A stretch of DNA of 31,088 nucleotides, from IMG/VR virus record IMGVR_UViG_3300042453_000649, positions 1 to 31,088 of that record. One strand, 5' to 3'. The notes beneath the pieces were generated by a model. It was not told where the DNA came from. It was given only the letters and a program-made list of their open reading frames with translations, and ran no database searches. This document shows positions 11,401-16,978 of the stretch, in pieces. The stretch comes from a virus (Duplodnaviria > Caudoviricetes). The translations under genes and the position numbers were made by a program. The first letter of the stretch is position 1; each line of letters begins with the position of its first letter.

Positions 11401-12071
11401 CCGCTTCTAACAGTAACCCAATTGGTTTACCGCAGGCAATCAAGCCAGCAATCGAAGCAACTGCTAATTTCTCGTTCTTTACCGGTCAAGATATTGAGTC
11501 CGCAAAAGAGAAAAGAATGCTGCCCGGCTACAGAGAGCGCCCACAAACAACTGAATTAGCCAAGTGGGTATCTAGCCTTGATAAAGAACTGCTATCGCCT
11601 GTGATGCTTGATTACTTAGCCAAGGCATACGGCGGTGGCCTAACGCTTGCGCTTACTAGCGCCTTAAATCCTGTGCTTGCACCAACAACAGACGTGGCTT
11701 CACCCACCAAAATGCCTAGCCAGTACCCAATTGTTGGCGGTTTCTTTCAACCTAACGATGCAAGCGGGGTAATTAACGCAGCCTACGAGACCGCAGAGCG
11801 CGCGCAACAAGCTTCTAATACGCTAAAGCAGATTGCCGCCAAGGGCAACAAAGAAGAGATCGAAGCCTTTGTACGTAAATACAGCAACGAGTTGATGATT
11901 GAGCAAGCCGCCGGTGCGTTTACTAGAGAGATGGGTCAGCTAGCTGCCGCTGAAAAAGCGGTTCGTGAAGACAAGCGCATGAGCGCTGACGAGAAAGCTG
12001 AGAAAATCAAGCAGTTACGCGCAATTAGAATCAAGATGGCTGAGGCGCTTAATAAGTCTAAACCCTCTTAA
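2496..12071 (+). CDS. Giant polyvalent internal virion protein (3191 aa) with metallopeptidase-like (HELIGH) and C-terminal LPD38-like domains
   Basis: SD GAGGA precedes the ATG. There is an N-terminal Gly-zipper hydrophobic region and a long charged coiled-coil middle. 'VRGGVMPDGTVVVIG...IEHELIGHY' lies at about 8960-9065. 'DEAYKNADPFVKYNSWFIRVP...IRVPTPFEFG...KPAIEATANFSFFTGQDIE' at about 11200-11760 resembles LPD38. Confidence 0.75.
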   Translation: MTYGVKLPDGRIIGFDEAVPVEQAQLIVRRDFPEAFKKKEGLGAEFSEGLASLVGSTKAALTAPFAPKEAARQALLEEQARGAEFESGVGLDKLKKAYQERGLLGGAGELARQAPLAVSGMAPQIAASLGSAATGARIGSVAGLPGIIGGALGGFGASLLPISGQNIIRQAQEQEAAGKEIDPSLARAYGAAAPAAALEVGSLGFTLGKRLVGKVLGQSEKELAEGLAKNAAKYEADLVKNAQASLAPTLGRGAARGLVEIPTEVAQQILERSQAGLDLFSPDALKEYGEAAYQAGLVGPSVGALASPVSRAQARSELADITEKRRAEQFAAQTAEEEAYKATPEYVNELVSKRDRLQEEMTVLDGILKIKSQTDEEKQLKREAAAERKNLRLELDQITESLREIAPDTPGLPPTLAQRKEQERIQKQTKEIAATADLVTDEFGNVIPGLTKSGAVAGRELTLKEKADADRAMLDLQKLKEKEAREKLTAQEEARKAFLQQQIDEIRSASDFARDYVDARLATRKGYTVTSETTGRYDPKEGIPLDVSEPGLIRQKGLEQLLNKSGKQVTSNERKKLEANIDAGILTKDVKNLLGLGAEKELGQKSQQLIETADMTPEQRDEVLENARLAYPILQERLKAYKASRMELLDKKFFDDAGKPTKFYNQAIANEAAYVELERLANAAKRTLELNKDKETVNLALIEAKRKLPQSVDLVAPNLSQLEYQKETRRQIDKQQELFDDIRLTLDDVAENSFLGKGYEGAATTKELAIQKLDELKQDYINSALIQADAYRKSNGLDPLTEGEAKSIAEQLDAVLTDAIARGQLKENEFAQVQSGKAKPIYEEVTIPAQMRAGKIARPAYTTRKIVGYENLDTTQEAPEGTQPYLSREYALGSVGFDYGPRLPANLVKDLRAFGIGARATGQPSERMTGFEKSKAPQLVEHRGYVQDKLAQIKYSLMRGKFKEKKPGETGGPLKRIPKERDLLTLQKTEKQPKETDQKRIDRLLDNALNVGSRLQNQLGLPKNAFDVGRTLIRASTFVKGKIEQDKRDDVDNKQIDNVLDLVDEQLHRLTLGQDVNKKYAGDVAKDINKLLDSYADVEEGAQLELFTQSKRAANRQLKDINEQIEELGRVKDLKDIGSLAELNKRLKETEEWLTQFAKPSGMGRATLASALRRPASQYAKDPYFYYAPDGTIAEQVKTLQQAAQNAKEENELTDTFAGYVRLLNEIASELSQLNADYRFANIPGFIRGTSVRTEEQQQRKQQYFDIRKKFIDRIKDIENIIGVKVYVKEDKAYVSRKDKKLKPKSVYETLLTNASSELEEVLMARYAHHKAVLESIKTAPERHLHALKMRTAAQAKMEEYDAKLKVLQAKEFNELPATKKEREDTLEAKKAATQLFSYSDETIKSIESALDLDKVRAAVNADETVVEARKKLNDLLKQFKQPTKEQKQSISAEGKNFRDERALLDKTIAERVKAAAQANAQIVSQTKQYRVVYNGITYTVKSSTKVNAKTLETLQKQRAAGAAFAADQMQITLLEDKIARLEAQKLASETGVIPKTAKKVKELTPFVDLATIIKELGPKEKAPAIEIAVSKNGTPKKLGAQQEKALTKAYEDLQKTKDKMKLAVSAVQKLAITPTETKLKSEAEQAADKTQAMMIMSQTLNAKKNEYQDQIYEQNKLKAPKELIDELEKKKEVIKQMIGRLNARGERALRDINLESIENAVDFVLSYKARKEIKESTSENRMSLQELEDTIKDFNAQAVVAAKLGNTTNANAAREAARELQVLLNAEKDLLRIGNNPEKAVHKHALRTGTNSFARAAETVAKKKAKELGLQGEAFDKYVALNKTTLYNKALDEFYSQGQVEAEFDDKETINRTMFRDKPGKSGGIDMFVADSFINDLIKKQGFDPTRRAVTTALGAFSLPIKIPKLADVNADFRKMIVQNALSGLSLGIDDTSDFSDNFYKKYGTHWPDAMGDLEHSADKVTGGVLTLFENTYKAIYNKDKFEKGVDKASVFDETFNNEIFEALRKLYNKDKSIIHENFVEYAKKENYEDFKEYIEYMMATDRGQIGNEWHKAHSALYIDDSVEYSATVAQAYKKALQAVGLNTQQAEKTIEETSSKKVTLATGVNFIYAKNISDAPQQFINDAVAAGKDLTKVRGGVMPDGTVVVIGDAHTDLNDLQETIEHELIGHYAVDTLLGPAGMKALVKKVFADGEEGVLKLATELGVYDDVTEAFAAAKGTNMSEEAMRMLVTREMVAHTAERPLPSKASSALKDFIKMIVNAVRKFFTGAGFDNMPSKTTQEIFNLIREAKKQYEGGRLGAYRTPDGKTAFLAPTSYSREVEQKSIDVINKLFAQKKSVKDGIFANVLGLPGYTQFIDRLAPATKIIEKAESAGMIDSVSALQTTMYLRQTDQRLNLTAQSATDGVPQLTKNAAGEMEVLGKKDGANLIKVGNILQRAKMLGNAQAINNLFGLYLVAIRAKRVGLKTLASDLRITEKELKDVVANIEQAGAKPIFEEAAKVYAEYNKDLINFAVQTGAISKEEGARLTKYNDYVPFYRVRDGIAQLVISGEQVINVGRLTDQPYLDELVGGKEMLVNFEESAFQNTAVLVDLALRNLATGQLAQQLEKIGTGQTKIATRVSPKLTGTDIIRAKIDGVDAAWRLNTKDTPFEDIPADLLIKGLDGIKLQIPVAVKILGLPSRWLRTMITRDPAYSVRQIIKDSTAMWLYSGANAKPVIDATKELGSMWANKNQTEKELQRAGLVGGQLFTGMPEDMSRIMLQITSGKTGWQMLLAKLDRAAMKGDAATRVAMYNAYLKQGMTPMRAKLAVLESLNVNKRGLSPSVYWMSTLVPFMNTQVQGLTMFAKSFKGTSNLGGQKDLRMKMFKRGTYLALFTMMYAAAMQDDEAYKNADPFVKYNSWFIRVPFLDEPIRVPTPFEFGYVFKGLPEAVFNMMFNDEEAKNVLKFFKQAASNSNPIGLPQAIKPAIEATANFSFFTGQDIESAKEKRMLPGYRERPQTTELAKWVSSLDKELLSPVMLDYLAKAYGGGLTLALTSALNPVLAPTTDVASPTKMPSQYPIVGGFFQPNDASGVINAAYETAERAQQASNTLKQIAAKGNKEEIEAFVRKYSNELMIEQAAGAFTREMGQLAAAEKAVREDKRMSADEKAEKIKQLRAIRIKMAEALNKSKPS

Positions 12072-12246
12072 ATAGCACCCCGATCTTGCCGTTTTGTACA
12101 CCAAACTCGGCTTTGCCAATGATGCCGCTATGTATGGCGGCTTTGAGCCCTTCTTCTCTAGTCTCTGCTAGCTTTAGCGTTGGCACAAAAAAAGCCCCCT
12201 TGACGGGGGTGTTAACCCAAGGGTAATGCACCTTAATTTTCCTCAT
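12058..12246 (-). CDS. Small basic hypothetical protein, possibly DNA-binding (62 aa)
   Basis: The start overlaps the 3' end of the primase gene. The pattern YPW...FFVP...GVLFKR resembles small phage DNA-binding proteins. It overlaps the giant gene tail-to-tail by 14 bp. Confidence 0.65.
   Translation of the reverse strand: MRKIKVHYPWVNTPVKGAFFVPTLKLAETREEGLKAAIHSGIIGKAEFGVQNGKIGVLFKRV
12187..12209 (-). terminator. Intrinsic terminator-like hairpin (CCCCC-GTCAA-GGGGG-C-T7)
   Basis: A 5-bp GC stem followed by 7 T on the minus strand, about 24 nt past the primase stop, near the convergence of the two arms. Confidence 0.55.
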
Positions 12247-15082
12247 CGTCTTCTGTAATTGGGCGACATATTCTTAAAGCATTGACACGCATTTCCGGAC
12301 CACGCGTTCTAGACAGCATGTTTGGTTTACATGTATCTACCTTAAAGTTTGGTAGTTTCTCAAGCTGCTCTTTGAAGTCCGAGTAGCCATAACTCATAGC
12401 TACGCAGTGCGCCTTGATTAGTTGAATCTCAATGTAGTAGTTGACGTGCCCCGGCGTAAACCCATGCTCAACTCGACCGGCTACATTAGTTCGAGTAATA
12501 GATTGGTCAATCTTACCATCGTCGCCAAGGGTAGCTTTTAACGTACCATCCACCATTTTGACAACCACAAATTTGCCGTAGTGCTCACGGGTGTAAGCGT
12601 TAAGAATGTCTTCGGCACTTCTTTGACTACCATATATTGTGGAACGGGCGCTTACTACCATACCTTTTAATACATCAACAATCGGACCAATCGGTATGTC
12701 AATCAGGTTGGCATGCTTTTTACCGAGTAACTGAATCATGGTGATGATACAAGCGTTACCCGCAGTCCAATAGCGCTCATCGTCGTTAGCTTGGAACTCT
12801 TCCTTTACGCGCTCATGCACCTCAAGGTAAAGCTTTCTAGCGGTTTCACGATTAGCCACAAGCCACTTGATTAGTTCCCGACCAACCACGCCGTAGTTGT
12901 CCTTGAGAAGACCCAAAGTTTTGGCTTCATCAGGCGCCCACCTTAGCTTGCGGTTCATCTTTAACTCAAGCAGACGGAACATCTCGCCCTGAGACGCATG
13001 CTTACGCGCGCCTGACAGGTAGTCCATGACGTGGGTGTTGGATGAGAGAAGCACAAGCAGTTGCCAAGTAGAGTTATTGATACGCTCCTCGTTGGTGCCT
13101 TGCTTCATGCGGTCTTTGCCTTTACCCTGCGTTAAGTCAAGCAGGAACTCAGGTAGCCACTCGAAGTCGTCACGGCTCTTACTGGTGGTCTCGTCAATAA
13201 TGAACGGCAGACTGTTGAGCAAACCTTGGCGTTGTTGCGACGCAACGATAGATGTGCTTTGGGTTACACGGTAGCGCTCAGGGTGCCCGAAGAAACTAGC
13301 CGCTAACTCAAGGGTCAACGACTTACCTGTGCCGGATTCCGAAGAACCTAGGTGGTAAACGCAACCGTTGAACTTGGTAAAGTCCATAAGCAAGGATGCC
13401 GGCCCGACAAGCGCCATGGCTAACAATTGCCACTCTTCTTTAGCAATCAGCATGTTGAAGACCTTGCGCCAGTTCTCTACGGTGCCGGTTGGCTTGGTCG
13501 CCTTGTTGATGTTGTCCAAAGCAGGGGTCGGTACATACACTTCCTTGCCGCCTTGATAGTACACGGTGCTGTTGTATACAAACGACTTGTCTTCTTGCCA
13601 CCCGCAGTTAGTGGGCACCTTGATTGCACGCTTGTTGGCGCTTACAAACTCTACGCAACCACGCACATACTCAAACAGATTCTTGTCGTTACCTGAACCA
13701 TACGAGGCGATGATGTTCTGATTAGCCAAAGCCTTAACCGTTTCATCTTTACTGACAACAGATTTCTGAGGAAGCAATATATCAATAGCTCCTTCGGGGC
13801 GCATAGCAATCATATGCACCAAGTGATCGCCCTCGTTGTTAAGAATGTCCACCGCAAACAGATCGTAAGGTAGTAGCATGACTTGTTTGCGCGATTTCTT
13901 GCCGTCCTCGTCGTCCAGTAGCTTGTCCATAAAGACACCACCGTTAGCGCCGTAGCTGAAATTCTTGGGCGGTGTGGGGCGGGTTATGGTTTTTGCCTCA
14001 GCTTCTGGTGTATCTTCAGCCTTCTCCACAACGACTTCCTTGGGAGCGTTATCAACCTTAATTTCTCTGCCTAGGGCTAGTGGGTTGGTAATCTTGCTAA
14101 AGTGTGGGCACTTCTCGCAGATGCCGGGGTTAGCTTCGTCAAACTTAAGACACCCATACGGACCCTTGATAGCGTTCCACTTCTCCATATGGCGGTCGAT
14201 CTCGTAAGGGTGCATGGCTGAGATTGCCAAGCCTGCCTCTTCTCCATCGTCGCAATATTTAGCTATGCTGAGGATGCCACGCCACAGGGGTTCCATGCCG
14301 TCTTTGGTAGCGTTCTCACGGTAATAATTGATCTGCCCGCACTTATCGCCGATAGTTTTAAAGAATGTAATGCTGTTCTCTATTAGCTTTACGCTATTGG
14401 CTGTTGGAGGGGCTTTGGGGCGTTTGCCGGGGATTTGCAAAGGCGCTATGGTTTCGTATGCCGACTGCCCGATTAGGTCTCTCAGGGTCGTAGAAAGCGT
14501 CTCAAAATCAAACACGTCGCCTTTATGCTTGATCGTTACCTTGCGTGGCTTCTCTTGTTTGTAGTTGTGCGTATCAGGCACCCGTAGCACCCTAGCCGCA
14601 TCGCCCGTAACTGCGGCATCAATCTTAAAGCCCTGCTTTCTGCAAAGCCGTTTGAGGTTCTCTGCAACAGGTTTCCAAGCTTCAATGGTTACTTCTTCGG
14701 TGAAAGGCCAATAGACATGTAGCCCACCCCCGCTTGAAACAATCCAAGGAGAGCCTAGCGAAGCAAGTCCGCTTTCTGTTATAAATGAATCTAATGCCTT
14801 AGCTGCCTCAGCTTTGTTGGGATACTCTTTTCCTTCTCCGCAATCAATATCCAAAAACAGCGACTTAATTTTTACTGCCGATTCTGCCTTACGTTCTTTG
14901 GCACTAAACGATGCAAGCGCGAAAAATGCGTTGTATCCCTTTGCGTCAAACGCCATGGCAGCACTATACAGTTCGTCGATTGTGTCGACAAACACGTGCT
15001 CTCTTTTTGCTGTGCTTATTTCAACGGTGCAATACAGACCCGAAGACGGTAGCACAGTCGCTAGGAATTCCTGCGACGCCAT
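12233..15082 (-). CDS. Primase-helicase: N-terminal AEP (RepB-like primase-polymerase), Cys cluster, C-terminal DUF927/Cch-like helicase
   Basis: AEP motifs LFLDID, SSGGGLHVYW and DAARVLRVP. Cys cluster CLKF...CEKCPH. Walker A SESGTGKS and Walker B FIIDE. Confidence 0.85.
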   Translation of the reverse strand: MASQEFLATVLPSSGLYCTVEISTAKREHVFVDTIDELYSAAMAFDAKGYNAFFALASFSAKERKAESAVKIKSLFLDIDCGEGKEYPNKAEAAKALDSFITESGLASLGSPWIVSSGGGLHVYWPFTEEVTIEAWKPVAENLKRLCRKQGFKIDAAVTGDAARVLRVPDTHNYKQEKPRKVTIKHKGDVFDFETLSTTLRDLIGQSAYETIAPLQIPGKRPKAPPTANSVKLIENSITFFKTIGDKCGQINYYRENATKDGMEPLWRGILSIAKYCDDGEEAGLAISAMHPYEIDRHMEKWNAIKGPYGCLKFDEANPGICEKCPHFSKITNPLALGREIKVDNAPKEVVVEKAEDTPEAEAKTITRPTPPKNFSYGANGGVFMDKLLDDEDGKKSRKQVMLLPYDLFAVDILNNEGDHLVHMIAMRPEGAIDILLPQKSVVSKDETVKALANQNIIASYGSGNDKNLFEYVRGCVEFVSANKRAIKVPTNCGWQEDKSFVYNSTVYYQGGKEVYVPTPALDNINKATKPTGTVENWRKVFNMLIAKEEWQLLAMALVGPASLLMDFTKFNGCVYHLGSSESGTGKSLTLELAASFFGHPERYRVTQSTSIVASQQRQGLLNSLPFIIDETTSKSRDDFEWLPEFLLDLTQGKGKDRMKQGTNEERINNSTWQLLVLLSSNTHVMDYLSGARKHASQGEMFRLLELKMNRKLRWAPDEAKTLGLLKDNYGVVGRELIKWLVANRETARKLYLEVHERVKEEFQANDDERYWTAGNACIITMIQLLGKKHANLIDIPIGPIVDVLKGMVVSARSTIYGSQRSAEDILNAYTREHYGKFVVVKMVDGTLKATLGDDGKIDQSITRTNVAGRVEHGFTPGHVNYYIEIQLIKAHCVAMSYGYSDFKEQLEKLPNFKVDTCKPNMLSRTRGPEMRVNALRICRPITEDDEEN

Positions 15083-15150
15083 GTGATACCCCTTGAGTTA
15101 TTTGATACGTTTAGTTAAGTGCCATTCGGTTTTAGATAGTGACGTAGGGT

Positions 15151-15414
15151 TTATTTGCGTATGCATTTTCTGAGTGCCTCTTCTGCTGAATGACTTGTGG
15201 ATAAAATGTTCAACAAAGAACTTACGCTATTTCTGTATGAGGGCGTTACTTCGCTACCCTTAAACCAGTTGTATACCGTTTGCCTTGTTGCGCCTGTAAA
15301 TTTGGCTATCTCAATGACTGGGAAGTCTAGATGAATAGCCCACCGCCCAAGTTGGTTTCCCAAAGACTTAGGCGCTTGTTTTGTTGCTTGTTTGATTTCT
15401 TCTGAATAAGCCAT
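15151..15414 (-). CDS. Helix-turn-helix (Cro/XRE-like) transcriptional regulator, about 87 aa
   Basis: HTH pattern VIEIAKFTGATRQTVYNWFKG. I reassigned the start to the ATG at 15414 (MAYSEEIK) because the track's upstream extension overlaps a separate small gene. Confidence 0.8.
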   Translation of the reverse strand: MAYSEEIKQATKQAPKSLGNQLGRWAIHLDFPVIEIAKFTGATRQTVYNWFKGSEVTPSYRNSVSSLLNILSTSHSAEEALRKCIRK

Positions 15415-15445
15415 GTTTGTTTGGGGGCTTGCGCCCCCGTCCTTA
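15415..15445 (-). promoter_or_regulatory. Ribosome-binding site with a GNRA hairpin between SD and start codon
   Basis: The minus strand reads TAAGGA-C-[GGGGGC GCAA GCCCCC]-AAACAAAC-ATG. No other SD lies close to the ATG. Confidence 0.6.
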
Positions 15446-15598
15446 AAAACAAGTACTGTTGCAATTACCCCATTGGTCACAACACGTTGTACAGACGACC
15501 ATTCTGCCATCAGGCGTCATGATTGTTGAAGTTCTGCATTGTGCGTAAACCGAGAGAGCGGTTAATGATAAAACAACTCCAAGAATCAGCTTATTCAT
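15443..15598 (-). CDS. Small exported cysteine-rich peptide (51 aa; alternative start 15601); not in the ORF track
   Basis: Translation: MNKLILGVVLSLTALSVYA-QCRTSTIMTPDGRMVVCTTCCDQWGNCNSTCF*. SD GAGGAG lies 7 nt before the ATG. The start overlaps the upstream stop and the ORF fills the intergenic gap exactly. It has a Sec-type signal peptide and 6 Cys. Confidence 0.85.
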   Translation of the reverse strand: MNKLILGVVLSLTALSVYAQCRTSTIMTPDGRMVVCTTCCDQWGNCNSTCF

Positions 15599-16490
15599 CA
15601 TCCCACTCCTCAACGGTAGAGGCTAAGCTACTGGCTTTTTTCTGCGGAACAGCGTTTGGCTTTGTAGCTGGCTTGCGTTTCTCAGGCTCGTCAACATCGT
15701 CAGTCTCAACCTCAACTTGCGCTACCTTGGCTTTAGCCGCAGGCTTTGCACCTTCAAGTTGTAGTGGCTTGTCAGCAGGCTTGGATACAGACATTGTGAT
15801 TGCGTTTTTAGCGCTTACAGACTGACCCTTCTCAATTACCGTTGCATACTCGTCTTCTTCTAAGTAACGCACTGGTTGGAAGAACAACTTGGGTACTGCC
15901 GCCTTGGTATCAAAACGTAAGCGTGTAACAAGCATCTCAGGGCTAACATTCTGTGCCGCAAGGTAACGTGCGTACGCTTGTAGTGGGCGCTTGTCGCCTT
16001 CTTCTTTACCAAAGATTGATGTAGCCGCTAAAGTCAACTGCATTACATCACCACCAATGTCGTTGGCAAGAACCACTGCAAGACGCTGAGAGAAACGGCA
16101 GGCTTTGGAATCGCCTTGACCCGAACCTTTAACGTTCATTGGGCATGATGCGCAGTCACTAGCTTGTGGCTCTTCAACGCTTGCATCAGGTTTCTCACCA
16201 TCAGCAGACCAACAGTCAGGCGCTTTGTTGACGCCTTCTTCGTATGTGCCTGCATAGAATGTACGGCTGATTTTTGGTGCTGCATTAACAATCACAACAT
16301 CAAGGTGGCGGTCGTCGATTGATGTAATCTCTTTACCGTCAGCCATCAAGCGGAATACACCGCCCTTGATAGAAATGCGTTTGCTGTTTATGCCTACGCC
16401 ACCTGCAAGGCTTTTGGCAAGATCGGATAATTCACCTTTGCGAGCAAAGGCGGGTACTTGTGCAGGATTAAATTTGGCTATTTCGCCCAT
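15591..16490 (-). CDS. Putative single-stranded DNA-binding / annealing protein with Cys cluster
   Basis: Located in the replication module. It has a beta-rich core, four Cys (PDCWS...CASCP...KACR), a flexible Pro/Lys/Ala linker and an acidic-aromatic tail EEWDDE. Confidence 0.6.
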   Translation of the reverse strand: MGEIAKFNPAQVPAFARKGELSDLAKSLAGGVGINSKRISIKGGVFRLMADGKEITSIDDRHLDVVIVNAAPKISRTFYAGTYEEGVNKAPDCWSADGEKPDASVEEPQASDCASCPMNVKGSGQGDSKACRFSQRLAVVLANDIGGDVMQLTLAATSIFGKEEGDKRPLQAYARYLAAQNVSPEMLVTRLRFDTKAAVPKLFFQPVRYLEEDEYATVIEKGQSVSAKNAITMSVSKPADKPLQLEGAKPAAKAKVAQVEVETDDVDEPEKRKPATKPNAVPQKKASSLASTVEEWDDE

Positions 16491-16500
16491 GATGTTTCCT

Positions 16501-16911
16501 TCATTTAGTTGGTTTACGAACAGTTACTGCATACTCAGACATTGAATTCAAACCCGCAGGAACTACACCGGGGTTCTCTTCCAAGAACGTTGCCATGTTC
16601 TTCTGCGCTATGCGCTTCTCAAACAAATCCAACGCGTCATGCTCCACGACAAACGTCTTGAATGAATCCCAGTCGTCTGTATAGTAGCGAGTCTTTTGAG
16701 ACAAGATGATTGTGCCCTCGGGCGTACGCACCGAGTTAGTTCCAAGCGCCATCATTTGGTCCTTCATGGCGTTCTTGATCTCATCTTGTTTGGCTTTAAG
16801 CTCTTCGATTTGGCTCTCGTACTCTTGAGTCAGTTCTTGAACTTTTGTATATATCTTGCGATACACACGCGCTAGTTTATCTAGCGGTATTACTTCATCT
16901 TCGTTTGGCAT
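16501..16911 (-). CDS. Conserved phage protein with N-terminal coiled coil (136 aa)
   Basis: Strong SD AAGGAG. A coiled coil is followed by 'SVRTPEGT...DWDSFKTFV...LFEKRI', a type often found next to SSB genes. Confidence 0.75.
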   Translation of the reverse strand: MPNEDEVIPLDKLARVYRKIYTKVQELTQEYESQIEELKAKQDEIKNAMKDQMMALGTNSVRTPEGTIILSQKTRYYTDDWDSFKTFVVEHDALDLFEKRIAQKNMATFLEENPGVVPAGLNSMSEYAVTVRKPTK

Positions 16912-16924
16912 TTATATGCTCCTT

Positions 16925-16961
16925 TGTAAAATATTTTACACCTATAGAGACGACGTTACAA
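16925..16961 (-). promoter_or_regulatory. Sigma70-like promoter TTGTAA-N17-TAAAAT overlapped by the perfect 16-bp palindrome TGTAAAATATTTTACA
   Basis: -35 at 16961-16956, -10 at 16938-16933, spacer 17 nt. The palindrome 16925-16940 covers the -10 and abuts the SD. Confidence 0.7.
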
Positions 16962-16978
16962 CTGAAATAGGGTTTTCA

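Noticed and set aside
2567-11559. Many 60-140-aa antisense or off-frame ORFs within the giant gene
   Set aside because: They are explained by the codon bias of the main frame and have no convincing RBS or motifs.
15423-15438. Hairpin as an intrinsic terminator
   Set aside because: No U-tract follows it on either strand.
15415-15510. N-terminal extension of the HTH ORF given in the track
   Set aside because: It overlaps the better-supported Cys-peptide gene and runs through the RBS hairpin.
16901-16908. Partial CCAAACGA match to the leader motif
   Set aside because: It is only 8 nt, lies within codons 2-4 (PNE), and is not upstream of an SD.
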